A stretch of DNA of 63,855 nucleotides from a virus (taxonomy: Duplodnaviria; Caudoviricetes), in IMG/VR virus record IMGVR_UViG_3300044638_005305, positions 1-63,855 of that record. The stretch is one strand, 5' to 3'. The translations under genes were made by a program, and so were the position numbers. Each line of letters starts with the position of its first letter. Within the stretch, counting starts at the first letter, position 1. Positions 9,010-19,278 of the stretch are shown one piece after another. The notes beneath the pieces are model-generated. The model was not told the origin of the DNA. It saw nothing but the letters and a program-made list of their open reading frames with translations, and did no database searches.

Positions 9010-9713
9010 TACAAACATCACTTGGAGAAAAACCGTTATCAGTATATTCTGACAGCGATTTTGAATCGCTTATGAATAGTACGTTATTAAGGGATACGCT
9101 TCTTTTGAAGATACCCGAAAATAGCAGAGTACATATTATGCCACATGGTGAAAAATTATATCTGCATACCGACCAAGTGGACGATATGCAGATGCAAGAC
9201 TGCGAGGGCGAAGTAATTAAGAAAGCAAAAGGCGCTCATGTTGAAGTAGGCGATTTGGTAATATTCCACTACCTATCACTAAACAATGGGCGTGATGGAA
9301 CTGGCGTAAACGTATTTACCTTTGCTTATAAAGGCTCATTATACCACCTTATCCCATACAATCAGATATTCTTTTCAATCAGAAATGGCGAACACATTTG
9401 CCATAATGGAAAATACTTGGTTGAATCAATACCCGATGATTTGGAAAATGTAGAAGTTGGGAAAGGCTCTGTATTTGCGAAGAAGTTATTAAGCGGAATT
9501 GTAGAATTGAAAAAAGATAAATACTTGCCAAATAAATGCAAGGTTGTTGCTACACCCAAAGATGCGAGATTTGAAGTGGGTGACATTGTGGTTACTTTTG
9601 GCTGTTGGGATGTGCCTATCAAGTCCGATACTATGAGAAAGAATGAGAAGCAGTATTTCAGATGCGAGGACGATAATTTAGTTTGCAAAGAAGAATTTAT
9701 AGCCAATGTTTGA
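9006..9713 (+). CDS. Tandem GroES-like domain protein
   Basis: Two repeats of the G.V...VEVGD.V.F pattern (EGEVIKK..VEVGDLVIFHY; SGIV...FEVGDIVVTF). Confidence 0.55.
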   Translation: MIQTSLGEKPLSVYSDSDFESLMNSTLLRDTLLLKIPENSRVHIMPHGEKLYLHTDQVDDMQMQDCEGEVIKKAKGAHVEVGDLVIFHYLSLNNGRDGTGVNVFTFAYKGSLYHLIPYNQIFFSIRNGEHICHNGKYLVESIPDDLENVEVGKGSVFAKKLLSGIVELKKDKYLPNKCKVVATPKDARFEVGDIVVTFGCWDVPIKSDTMRKNEKQYFRCEDDNLVCKEEFIANV

Positions 9714-10341
9714 CGTAAAAGAATTGCCATTAAGTAAGTCTGTATTGAAAGAATATGCCGAATTATCGGATATGTTCTACGATATGAAAAACCAATTAGG
9801 CTCATTTGAAACATTGACATCAGACCAAGTAGTGAGATACATTGTGCTTACTTACCACTTTCAATCGCCATTAGTTCAATCAAAAGCCGATTTGATGTGG
9901 AGAAAGAAACAGGCAATGCTTTTAGCAGGGGTAAAGACTAACAACGATGGCTTTTTTTGCGATGAAGCTATGAATGTCATAGCCAATAGAAACGCTGCTG
10001 CAATTGACCTTAAAATGCGTTTTATTAGATTTGAGAATAATTTAGATTGGGTGGAACTTTCAGCACTTACAGAAGTGTATTATGATTACATTAGGACTAT
10101 TTCAGATGAAAGTCAAAGCACCGCGAATAAAACCGCATCTGATATATTTAAGGTTAAACAAGCAATCATTAAGGAAAGCGAGGGATTGAAGAACAAAATT
10201 GACACGCTTTCATCTAAGGTTTTTAAGGGAGATATTGAATTAGCCAACTACATAGGAAGCACAATTGTAAAAGAGGAGAGGAGATTAAGGCTATCGCCAG
10301 AACTAAATGCTGAAATAAAATCACAAACCAATGGAAAATAA
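9706..10341 (+). CDS. Helical hypothetical protein (possible terminase small subunit)
   Basis: All-alpha with C-terminal coiled coil; function inferred only. Confidence 0.35.
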   Translation: MFDVKELPLSKSVLKEYAELSDMFYDMKNQLGSFETLTSDQVVRYIVLTYHFQSPLVQSKADLMWRKKQAMLLAGVKTNNDGFFCDEAMNVIANRNAAAIDLKMRFIRFENNLDWVELSALTEVYYDYIRTISDESQSTANKTASDIFKVKQAIIKESEGLKNKIDTLSSKVFKGDIELANYIGSTIVKEERRLRLSPELNAEIKSQTNGK

Positions 10342-10579
10342 TTTAATCATAGTCAAACCAAAGCAGAAAGAAGAAGTAACCAAATCAGGTATTATCATAT
10401 TTAATGAAAAGCCTAAGAAATACAGCGAGGGCGTAGTTGTTAAGGTGGGTGTTTTGGAGCAAGATATATCGGTTGGGGATACATTAGCCTATACAAACAA
10501 TGTAAATGCCAATGTAGATTTTAATGGCGAAAAATGCCATGTGATTAATGAGTTCTACGTTTTAGCTAAGATAGGATAA
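10331..10579 (+). CDS. groES: Co-chaperonin GroES (Cpn10)
   Basis: LIIVKP..EEVTKSGIII...EGVVVKVG...ISVGDTL...VLAKI. Confidence 0.88.
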   Translation: MENNLIIVKPKQKEEVTKSGIIIFNEKPKKYSEGVVVKVGVLEQDISVGDTLAYTNNVNANVDFNGEKCHVINEFYVLAKIG

Positions 10580-10593
10580 ACCAAAAATAATAC

Positions 10594-12312
10594 ATGGGAG
10601 TAATAATCACAATGGCAATTGGCAAACCTGTTTGGGGTGAATTAGCTTTAAATCTTTGCCTTTCCATTAAAGCCAACAACCCTAATCAAAAGGTAATGCT
10701 GATTCATGACGATACAGCAGTTAGTAGCATCCAGCCAATTCTAAGCAATTGCTTCGATACCCTTTATACTATTGGGCATAGTTATAAATCATGCCATAAC
10801 CTTGCCTTTAATCTTAAAACGCAGTTACACTCAATTGCCACAAAGGCTTGTGTTGATGAAACGAGGTTTCTTTATATTGATGCCGATTGCATATTTACCA
10901 CAAGTGCTTATAATCATGATTGGTTTAAAGAATTAGATGGTCAAGGCTTTGCAGCATGGAACAATGGGTGTTATGATTTTGAATCTAAAGAGCGAGTAGG
11001 TAAAGGATATACATTTTGGTTTGATGTGGAGCGAATAGGCGAGAAGTCTGGTAAGATACCTCAATTCAACACATCGTTCATATATTTTGAGCGATTTGGA
11101 ATAGCAAAGACTATTTTTCAGTTAGCGCAACAAGCAATGGAATCTTCTAATTATGGAGAAGTTCAGCTATACAAAGGCGCAACACCTGACGAGTACTGCT
11201 TTAATGTAGCTTGTTGGGAAGCGGATTTTATGCCTAAAGAAATCCCCTTTAAACCTATATTCTTTCAGTTTGCTAATGATTATCAAAACACATTCCACGT
11301 TCTACACAATTATAAGGTAATGGGATTTGCCGGAGAACACATCTTCTCAAAATGGTTTGTTCACCTATACAACGAATTATCTTACTACTATCGTGAATAC
11401 TTTGGGTTAAGACCTTATGACTATAAGCCAAAAAAGAAGCTATTAGACACCGAAATAATCAAATTGGATGCAGTTGTAACGGAATTAGCTAAAGCAGGGC
11501 AATATCCAAACAGCGATGGAGGAATATTCAACCCTGATGGGAAAATTTACGATGGTAAATTGGTAACGGTTTACAGAAAAGAGCGCAATCTTGATGCTTA
11601 CAAAAAAACATACACTCATAATACAGCCATTGCTTGTTTCAACAAAGATTTAGATGTGGAATCTTTGGCTAAGTATAGGGTAGAAGATTTTAGGCTATTT
11701 ACCTATAAGGGAGATTTGTGGACTAATTTCTCATGCGTAGGCAAGGATAAGACTTGGATAAGCATAAGCAAAGCAACTCCTATCGAAACGACATTTATGG
11801 AAATAGATGAAGTTAAGCTACCGATTGAAACTAATAAAGTCGAAAAGAATTGGGTGTTTTTTGAGCATGATAATCATTTATTTTGCATTTATTCTTTACA
11901 GCCATACATTGTATTCTGCAAAGATTATAAACTTTGGTATTCTTTTGGAGGGTTAAAAGAAGTGGTTTTTGACTGGTTTCACAAAGGTCATACAATCTGC
12001 AATAGCACCAACCCTATTGACATTGGCGAGTTTTACCTTATGTTTTTCCATACCAAAGAATCGGGAACATACTTTCATGGGGCAGTTTTAATTGACAAGG
12101 CGACCTTAAATATAAGGCACTACACATCAAAGCCTATACACATTATTGATGAATGCGATGGATTGCATGATGATTTGATTTATGTTTCAGGCAGTGTGTA
12201 TTTAGAAAGACAACAGATAATTAGATTGTACTTTGGCGCAGCCGATTCACATTCCATGTCAATAGATTTTAATAAATCTCAACTTGTTGAGGCAATTATA
12301 AATAACAAATGA
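10594..12312 (+). CDS. GT-A glycosyltransferase fused to a beta-propeller (GH130-like) domain
   Basis: FLYIDADC DxD motif and FNTSFIYF; C-terminal IFNP, VEDFRLF, EKNWVFF, YFGAAD motifs. Confidence 0.7.
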   Translation: MGVIITMAIGKPVWGELALNLCLSIKANNPNQKVMLIHDDTAVSSIQPILSNCFDTLYTIGHSYKSCHNLAFNLKTQLHSIATKACVDETRFLYIDADCIFTTSAYNHDWFKELDGQGFAAWNNGCYDFESKERVGKGYTFWFDVERIGEKSGKIPQFNTSFIYFERFGIAKTIFQLAQQAMESSNYGEVQLYKGATPDEYCFNVACWEADFMPKEIPFKPIFFQFANDYQNTFHVLHNYKVMGFAGEHIFSKWFVHLYNELSYYYREYFGLRPYDYKPKKKLLDTEIIKLDAVVTELAKAGQYPNSDGGIFNPDGKIYDGKLVTVYRKERNLDAYKKTYTHNTAIACFNKDLDVESLAKYRVEDFRLFTYKGDLWTNFSCVGKDKTWISISKATPIETTFMEIDEVKLPIETNKVEKNWVFFEHDNHLFCIYSLQPYIVFCKDYKLWYSFGGLKEVVFDWFHKGHTICNSTNPIDIGEFYLMFFHTKESGTYFHGAVLIDKATLNIRHYTSKPIHIIDECDGLHDDLIYVSGSVYLERQQIIRLYFGAADSHSMSIDFNKSQLVEAIINNK

Positions 12313-12968
12313 GAATAGCAGGATTTGACGTACAGCCCATTTTGCTTCATATACAAGGCGATGAAAAATATGAAGAAAGATTCACAAGAAGCAAACAGCA
12401 CTTGGAAGATAATGGCATAACCGATACAATATACGTTTCGGGGGCGAATGCAAAAGAGATGGGCATTATTGGCACGATGCCTTACGAGCATGATAAACCC
12501 GGTTCTGGTCACATGATAGGGCAAAAATATGTTGGCTCGTTTCTTTCTCAATACATGGTTTATAACATAATGAACTCGTTGCCAAATGAATACTATCTTT
12601 TTATGGAATGTGATATTTCGTTGCCTGAAAACTTTTTGAGAAAGTTAGAGTTTGAAATGTTTAATTTGCCAAGCGACTTTGACTTTCTATTTATTGAAAG
12701 TTGTTGCGCAATGGATAAGCCAAAAACTCACATTGGAGGGAATGTGCATAGGATTAAAAAAAGCAGAGGATACCCATGTATGTACCCTTTAGGTGGAGCG
12801 TGTTATATTGTATCTAAAAAATCTATACCACATATTATCAATACCCAAAGAGTAGCTTACGCCCCTGCCGACCTTTCATTAGGGATGCACAGCTTTTACG
12901 CAATGGATGTGTATGCTATCCTACCACGACTTGTAAATCAATTAGGAAACGAAAATCTACCATCATGA
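12309..12968 (+). CDS. Glycosyltransferase, GT25-like
   Basis: ERF, GSFLSQY, YLFMECDI, GGACYIVSKK, APAD motifs. Confidence 0.75.
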   Translation: MRIAGFDVQPILLHIQGDEKYEERFTRSKQHLEDNGITDTIYVSGANAKEMGIIGTMPYEHDKPGSGHMIGQKYVGSFLSQYMVYNIMNSLPNEYYLFMECDISLPENFLRKLEFEMFNLPSDFDFLFIESCCAMDKPKTHIGGNVHRIKKSRGYPCMYPLGGACYIVSKKSIPHIINTQRVAYAPADLSLGMHSFYAMDVYAILPRLVNQLGNENLPS

Positions 12969-13150
12969 TATTAGTAAAAGAAATGTTTGTTTTACAAAAA
13001 CATTTTGACGATGAAATATGGAAGGAAGCCTTATTCACAAAAGAAGAAGCTGAATTGGAAATACTAATTGCAGAAAAAGAAAATCAAGGTGTTTACAAAA
13101 TAATTCCATTAGAACAATATTTATCAGATTTAACATACTCATACTATTAA
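12965..13150 (+). CDS. Hypothetical protein
   Basis: Coupled ORF in operon. Confidence 0.6.
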   Translation: MILVKEMFVLQKHFDDEIWKEALFTKEEAELEILIAEKENQGVYKIIPLEQYLSDLTYSYY

Positions 13151-13152
13151 CT

Positions 13153-13908
13153 ATGAACCCACACTCTATTACCCAAGAATTTGAAAAGATGCTTGCCGAA
13201 TACACAGGCGCACCTTATGTTCTAACTTTTGACAACGCTTCATCAGCAATTTATCTTGCTTTATGCTATGAAAATATCAAAGGCAAGGTTATTTCCATGC
13301 CCGAAAGGACATACCCAAGCGCAGCGTGCGAAGTCATAAACGCAGGTGGTGAGATAAATTTCAAAAAAGTTGACGGCACAACCTTAAAAGGGGCGTATCA
13401 ATTTGAGCCTACAAGAGTTTGGGATTCCGCCCTATACTTCTCTGCCGATATGTACATACCAAACTCTATTATGTGTATATCGTTTACAGGGGCATATAAG
13501 ACGTTTAAGTTGTCGAAGGGTGGCGCAATATTGCTTGATGACAAAGATGCCTACGAATGGCTAAAAAGAGCAAGAAATTCAGGGCGTGGTGAATGTAGCT
13601 ACCATGTAGATAATTTCACGATGCTTGGCAAGAATAGCTACCTAATGCCCGAAATTGCAGCAAGGGGTATTTTGCTCATGCAACAATTTTACAACCTTGA
13701 TGGTAGTAAGAAATACAACGCTCCGCAAGAACTGCCATATCCAAATCTTAGCCAATTTCCGATATACCACAGAAGAAGTACCGAACAACAAGAAATCGAG
13801 TATTTAAGATTAGCCATGCACGAATATTCAATAGGGAATCCTACAAAGGGCAATGAATATAAATTAATGGCTGATGCTTGTAGAGAAAAAAGAAATTTTG
13901 ACCTATGA
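13153..13908 (+). CDS. DegT/DnrJ/EryC1/StrS-family sugar aminotransferase (compact)
   Basis: EFEKMLAEYTGAPY..NASSAIYLAL, DSA, SFTGAYK..KGGAI PLP-lysine motif. Confidence 0.85.
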   Translation: MNPHSITQEFEKMLAEYTGAPYVLTFDNASSAIYLALCYENIKGKVISMPERTYPSAACEVINAGGEINFKKVDGTTLKGAYQFEPTRVWDSALYFSADMYIPNSIMCISFTGAYKTFKLSKGGAILLDDKDAYEWLKRARNSGRGECSYHVDNFTMLGKNSYLMPEIAARGILLMQQFYNLDGSKKYNAPQELPYPNLSQFPIYHRRSTEQQEIEYLRLAMHEYSIGNPTKGNEYKLMADACREKRNFDL

Positions 13909-14507
13909 AACCATACATACTAATAATCGGTAGCGGAGGACACGCAGGAGTAGTAATTGATGCCATTGAAGAATGTGGCAAATTTCAGATAATCGGTCTA
14001 ATAGACGACTTCTTGCAGCCTAATGATATTCGACATTCATATCCAATAGTAGGCACAATCAATGAAGCATCGGACTTCATGAAAGAAAACAATTGCAAAT
14101 ACTACTTTATCGCTATTGGTAAAAACCGATACAGAAAACAAGCCTTTGAGAAAATGAGCATTGGTCTTGTTTCTCCAACCATATTCCATCCATCTGCATC
14201 TGTTTCCAAATCAGCAAAAATAGGCAATGGCTGCTACATTGGAGCAAATGCAAGTGTAAATAGAAATTGTATCATAGGCGATTTTTCTATTGTCAATACC
14301 AACGCAAGCCTTGACCATGATTCTAACTTAGGGAACTTTTCAAGCCTTAACCCAAACTCGGCTACTGGAGGTAATGTGAAAATTGGAAATGATGTTACTA
14401 TTGGAATGTCTGCAAGTATCAGAAATGGTATATCTATCGGTAACAACTCATTTATAAAAATGGGTGGTATAATTACAGAAGACGTAGAAAGCAATACGAA
14501 GATTTAG
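13905..14507 (+). CDS. NeuD/PglD-like sugar acetyltransferase
   Basis: IIGSGGHAGVVID, FIAIGKN..R, hexapeptide repeats with DHD. Confidence 0.9.
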   Translation: MKPYILIIGSGGHAGVVIDAIEECGKFQIIGLIDDFLQPNDIRHSYPIVGTINEASDFMKENNCKYYFIAIGKNRYRKQAFEKMSIGLVSPTIFHPSASVSKSAKIGNGCYIGANASVNRNCIIGDFSIVNTNASLDHDSNLGNFSSLNPNSATGGNVKIGNDVTIGMSASIRNGISIGNNSFIKMGGIITEDVESNTKI

Positions 14508-14683
14508 CTTTCCTTCTTTTTTGCTTTGGATATTCTTTGAGCAAAGAAAAACTCGTCTATCATTTCATCAATTCGCTCGTCATTTTTCTTTTTAAGTGCC
14601 GGGTATTTACAAGTCGTCACTCCATCTGAAATCGTTACCTGAAATCTGTTATTGATGTTTGTGATATTGACAACAATGCACAT
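14504..14683 (-). CDS. Hypothetical protein (59 aa, not in track)
   Basis: MCIVVNITNINNRF...; TAATG coupling to upstream ORF. Confidence 0.5.
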   Translation of the reverse strand: MCIVVNITNINNRFQVTISDGVTTCKYPALKKKNDERIDEMIDEFFFAQRISKAKKKES

Positions 14684-14799
14684 TACCCTTGACCCACATA
14701 AGACTTTTTCGATTCATGCTTATTAGGCTTCTTTTTAGCCCTTGATTTACCCCTCTTAGGTTTAGGTGTAAACTTATTGGTGTTTACCTGCTTTGCCAT
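14683..14799 (-). CDS. Small basic protein (38 aa, not in track)
   Basis: MAKQVNTNKFTPKPKRGKSRAKKKPNKHESKKSYVGQG. Confidence 0.55.
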   Translation of the reverse strand: MAKQVNTNKFTPKPKRGKSRAKKKPNKHESKKSYVGQG

Positions 14800-14800
14800 C

Positions 14801-15061
14801 TTACGGGGCTACATCTGTTTCCATAAATGCAAGAAGTATCGCATATCCGTTTGCTATTGTAGTTGCTCCGGTCAAAGATGTGATGTCATTTTCATTCCAT
14901 GAGCAAAGTTCTTTATATGGAACTGCTGCACTTGTAATCTTTAAAATATTAGGTGTTTCAAGTAGAATAGAAAGCTGACTTTTAGGATATACTGCTTTAT
15001 ATCCTGTTGCGGTGTTTTCTAATTCAAGTGAAAAGTCTTTGTCTGTTACGTCCCAAGCCAT
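14801..15061 (-). CDS. Hypothetical structural protein
   Basis: ORF at the end of the virion operon. Confidence 0.6.
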   Translation of the reverse strand: MAWDVTDKDFSLELENTATGYKAVYPKSQLSILLETPNILKITSAAVPYKELCSWNENDITSLTGATTIANGYAILLAFMETDVAP

Positions 15062-15096
15062 AATTGTTTATTTTATATTGTAAAAGTAGGTAATTT

Positions 15097-18000
15097 TTAA
15101 TTATTTCTTCGCTCTTTTTTCTTTTCAGCCTTTTCTTTTTGGCGCTCATCCATATTTGATTCCTTTAACCTTTCAAGGTTTTCTTTTGCGTACTTCCTTA
15201 ATATCCTTGCTTTTACTTCTTTCTCTTCATCAGTCTTAGCATTAAAATACTCTTTTGCTTTTCGGCTAAATGATTGGTAGTATCCAGAGCGATTTAATCC
15301 ATACTCATTTATGTAAGCCATAAAATCTTGAACTTCTTTGGAATTGTAAGCAGGGGTTTCTTTAAAAAAGCCTAAATCCGATATTCCAAACTTATTCTTG
15401 CTATTTTCTTTGCCTATGTCGGAAAGCTTTAATGCAGTTGAGCCATAATAAGAAAACTGCCCCTTAATAAAATGGTCTATTTTTCTTGCATCTATCCCAG
15501 ATACCTCTTGCAATGCTTGACCCGCCCTTGATGCGGTTTCCGTATTTCTCATTGCTAAGTTTAAGTTGTTTTCAGCAGGTGGAACTATCGCTTTATCTCT
15601 AAATAAATCATAATTCATTATGTTTTCAGCAACAGCAGGCGCAATAGGTATTAATACGTTTTGGTCAATAGGTATAACACTTTTGCCAACACTACCTAAA
15701 TATCCTTCAAACGCTTTTTCGTTTCCATAAAAGCCCATGCTCATAAGCCTATCTACAAAAGACCCTCCAAGACCTAATTCAAATGGCTTTGGTATAGATG
15801 CCCATTTATTTGTTCCTATCTTAAAGTTCCAAAATAAATCTTTTTGGTGTGATGGTAGCGCTTCGTATTCTTCTGCCGTTTCATCGTCTTTGTGGTTATA
15901 CATCCATAATAACATTTGTGGCAATATTGTGTATGCGAGTAATTTTGCTGTAAATGCTTTCGGGTTTTCTTTCCCTGCTATTGCGCTTCTCCTTAACCCT
16001 TGAACCGCAGCGTTTGAGAATGGGATTACTTGATTAATCCATTTCATTTGATTGCCAATAAGCGCGAAGTCCATCAAATCCCTTGACTGATAAGCTGCAT
16101 AGATAGATGCGTTATAATCATCCATCCCTTCATTTTTCGCTTTTTTAAAGGCAGCCCTATACTCTGCTACTCTATTTATAGATTCGGACTTAGAAAGCAA
16201 GTCCTTGTAAGATTGCCAACCTTTTTTGAAAGCATCACCATCAAGCAAAACAAACTTTTTGTTCTTTGATATATCGTGCATTGTTTGCTCCAAAAGTTCG
16301 TAATAATTTTCTTTTGAGTTTAGATAGTGACCTGCATTTAAACCTCCTGCAAAAGCTACATCGCTCACATCTTGCTTGTCGCCCGTAAGTTCTTTTACGC
16401 CACTACCCACCCTTGATTTAAGTATTCTTTCTTGAAAATCCCTAACAACGTTTCTTGCAGCAAATACTGGAAAGTGGGTAACTGTCCATCTAAGAGTTTT
16501 TGGGAATGCTGTAATTACAGGATGAAACTTAAACCCTTCTTCATTTAAACCTTTAATAGCATTGTAAATATCTTCTTGGAAAATCCAATGCTCTGGCTTC
16601 CCGTCTATAAAAATTGTAACAGAATTTTTATCACCTTGCTTTCCCTGAACGCCTATATCTGATAGTCTATTTGGCTCTCCATCGTGCATTTTTCTATTTC
16701 CAATAATCATGTTTCTAAAAGCAGCCAACACTTCATTTCTATCTGCTTCTTTCATTGATTTATTAAGCGAATCAAAAAGATTTAGATAAACATTATCAAT
16801 TTCTTTTGACGACCCTTTCACCTTGTTTATTGGCTCGCCTTTGCTTCCTAATCTTCCGCCTTTTGTATTTAATTCAATTTCTCTACCCGGCTCTGTTTCC
16901 ATTATCCTATTCATGGCTACATACTGCAAGTTGTTTTGCTTTATGTAATCATAGCCACCTATTAAATTTCCATCAGCATCTTCTATTTTTTGAGCAAGCC
17001 TTCCTTTTTCAACCATATACTTTAATATATCATCGGCAAATTCACGATACCTTTCGGCAGCTTCTTTTATCCTTGCGAGTTTATTTGGGTCGCCATTATT
17101 AAACTCATCTAATGCTTGTTGCGCTACATCTACATCCTTTATCATTCCGCCACCTGCTCCCGAAAGTCCACTTTCTCTACCAAGTTTTTTTGACAATTCA
17201 ACAGTTCTTTCAGCAACCATGTAAGCCATAACATCTTCCATATCTTGCTTAATGGTAGTTTTATCTGTATTATCTAACGGCTCTAAAAGCCAATTAAGAT
17301 TTTTTACTTTCCCATTATTATCCAATAGGACTTTATTTTGCCCATCGCGCATCCCATTCGCTAATACATCTTCAAACTTTGTATTTGCCCCTGCAAGAAG
17401 CCTTGCGCCTATTCTTGGGTCGTCTTTTGGCAAAACATTATCAACGCCTTTCTCATCCATTGCGAATTTAAAAGCCTTGTTAAATGCTTGTAGTGGGTCT
17501 AAGAAATTTTCTGCTAATCGGTCAACCCACGTCATATTAAACTCGCTATTTGTTTCTTTTGAGTTTAGTATTCTGCTTATTAAGCTATCGTTCTTTTTAG
17601 GCTCAAACCTTATATTGGCTTTTACTTTATCTACACTACTGCTACCCATAAATCTTCTAATGTCATTAGAAAATTCAGTTAGCGCTTTCTTGTATTCTTC
17701 GCTTACCTTAGTATTATATAGGTCGAATAATTCAGGCGCTTGAATTTTAGCCTCATTTGGATTTACAAGAAACGCCCTAACCCATTCAGCAAATCCTTCC
17801 ATCATTTCATAAGCCTTTGGATTCGGGTGATTTTTTGGTGGCTTACTTCCAAACGGAGAAAACTTAGCAAGTTCCGCTTCTATTGTTGGTGTAGGATTTT
17901 GAACTACATCCTTTAATACACCAAATAAGTCATCTATTGAATGCCCTATTTCGTGAGCCGTTACGTCTAAATCCCCATTGTATTTTATCTTAACCGCGCT

Positions 18001-19278
18001 ATTCCCCGAATTGTACGTTCCTGCGTATCCCCGTTCTGTTTTAGAGAAAAATAGCCTTTGCTTGATATTTTTAGTAACGTCAAATATTATTTCACTAATC
18101 TTTTTTTTGTTGCCACCTACTATTGGGTCTGTTACAATTCTGCCTGTTTGTGTGTTGGGCTTTGCCCCAGCAACGTCCTCATAAAACTTTTCTTTTGAAC
18201 CCGCAATCCCAACATCGCCTTTTGGCTTTTTGTAAATTGTACCGTCTTTGCCTTTTATTCTTAATGTGCCGTTTTCTAACTCTTCTATAACTACACCTTT
18301 TGTTTCCATGCCAGCGTGTAGGAATACAGCATCTTTGCCTACTACTTCACCTTCTCCAGTTTCCTTGTCAAGTTGTTGCTTCTCGGCTTCGGCTCTTGGC
18401 TCGTTGGATTTTCCGTCTTTTTCTCCGTCTTGTTTTCGTGCTTCTTTAGCACTTTCAACTTCATCATTCTTCTTGCTTTCTGTTCTGCTGTCGGAACTGT
18501 TGTCTTTTTCATATAGTAGTTTTTTGTTTTCTAATTCCTTTTCTGCATCGCTTAACGAATTATAGTAATCATCGTATTCTTTTGCTTGTTTATCAATTTC
18601 TTCTTTTGTTAAAATACCCTCATTGATATTGTTCAATTCATTAGCTACCAATCCCAAGTCTTCATCTTCTATTTTAGATAAATCGTCTTGGTCTAATTCG
18701 TACCTTTCTGCCATTTCAGCTTCTTGTTGGGCAATTATCCTATCTTCTCTATTAGAAAATACTTTGCCGTTTACGCTCATGCTTTCTTTCAGATTTGTAG
18801 ATAAATCTGATGGTGTGGTGTTTCGGTTTATTACATCAATAATCTCATCACGAATAGCACTATCTTCTAAATTGTCTCCGCCAAAATCATTCGCCCAATC
18901 TTCTTTAAATGTTTGAATCAAATCGTCCATTGTTGGCGCATCTGATGTGTGCATCCATATCCTTTTCCTCCATTCAGTAAGTCCCCTTATGCTTTCATCG
19001 TACCTACTTTTGCCTTTAAATCCAGTTTCATCGGTTAAGGACTTTGTTTGAATTTTACCACCACCTAAGAAATATTGCATGATAAGTTCGCGCATAGTAA
19101 GCGGTTCAGCTTTTAGCAACTCACTTCTTTCAAACTTATCTTGTGCTTTTGATTTAAGAACGGGCTTTACTTTTTTGTAAAGTTTATCATCCTCCAATAT
19201 CCGTTGCTTTAATTCAGCATCGGTTATCTCACGAATCTTCTTTCCGTTAGCATCTATTTCGTAGGTCTTACAAGCCAT
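15097..19278 (-). CDS. Large polyvalent/ejection protein with zincin (HExxH) and LPD38-like domains
   Basis: TAHEIGHSID...EGFAE metallopeptidase motif; C-terminal IPKPFELG, NYDLFRDKAIVP, KIDHFIKG. Confidence 0.7.
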   Translation of the reverse strand: MACKTYEIDANGKKIREITDAELKQRILEDDKLYKKVKPVLKSKAQDKFERSELLKAEPLTMRELIMQYFLGGGKIQTKSLTDETGFKGKSRYDESIRGLTEWRKRIWMHTSDAPTMDDLIQTFKEDWANDFGGDNLEDSAIRDEIIDVINRNTTPSDLSTNLKESMSVNGKVFSNREDRIIAQQEAEMAERYELDQDDLSKIEDEDLGLVANELNNINEGILTKEEIDKQAKEYDDYYNSLSDAEKELENKKLLYEKDNSSDSRTESKKNDEVESAKEARKQDGEKDGKSNEPRAEAEKQQLDKETGEGEVVGKDAVFLHAGMETKGVVIEELENGTLRIKGKDGTIYKKPKGDVGIAGSKEKFYEDVAGAKPNTQTGRIVTDPIVGGNKKKISEIIFDVTKNIKQRLFFSKTERGYAGTYNSGNSAVKIKYNGDLDVTAHEIGHSIDDLFGVLKDVVQNPTPTIEAELAKFSPFGSKPPKNHPNPKAYEMMEGFAEWVRAFLVNPNEAKIQAPELFDLYNTKVSEEYKKALTEFSNDIRRFMGSSSVDKVKANIRFEPKKNDSLISRILNSKETNSEFNMTWVDRLAENFLDPLQAFNKAFKFAMDEKGVDNVLPKDDPRIGARLLAGANTKFEDVLANGMRDGQNKVLLDNNGKVKNLNWLLEPLDNTDKTTIKQDMEDVMAYMVAERTVELSKKLGRESGLSGAGGGMIKDVDVAQQALDEFNNGDPNKLARIKEAAERYREFADDILKYMVEKGRLAQKIEDADGNLIGGYDYIKQNNLQYVAMNRIMETEPGREIELNTKGGRLGSKGEPINKVKGSSKEIDNVYLNLFDSLNKSMKEADRNEVLAAFRNMIIGNRKMHDGEPNRLSDIGVQGKQGDKNSVTIFIDGKPEHWIFQEDIYNAIKGLNEEGFKFHPVITAFPKTLRWTVTHFPVFAARNVVRDFQERILKSRVGSGVKELTGDKQDVSDVAFAGGLNAGHYLNSKENYYELLEQTMHDISKNKKFVLLDGDAFKKGWQSYKDLLSKSESINRVAEYRAAFKKAKNEGMDDYNASIYAAYQSRDLMDFALIGNQMKWINQVIPFSNAAVQGLRRSAIAGKENPKAFTAKLLAYTILPQMLLWMYNHKDDETAEEYEALPSHQKDLFWNFKIGTNKWASIPKPFELGLGGSFVDRLMSMGFYGNEKAFEGYLGSVGKSVIPIDQNVLIPIAPAVAENIMNYDLFRDKAIVPPAENNLNLAMRNTETASRAGQALQEVSGIDARKIDHFIKGQFSYYGSTALKLSDIGKENSKNKFGISDLGFFKETPAYNSKEVQDFMAYINEYGLNRSGYYQSFSRKAKEYFNAKTDEEKEVKARILRKYAKENLERLKESNMDERQKEKAEKKKERRNN

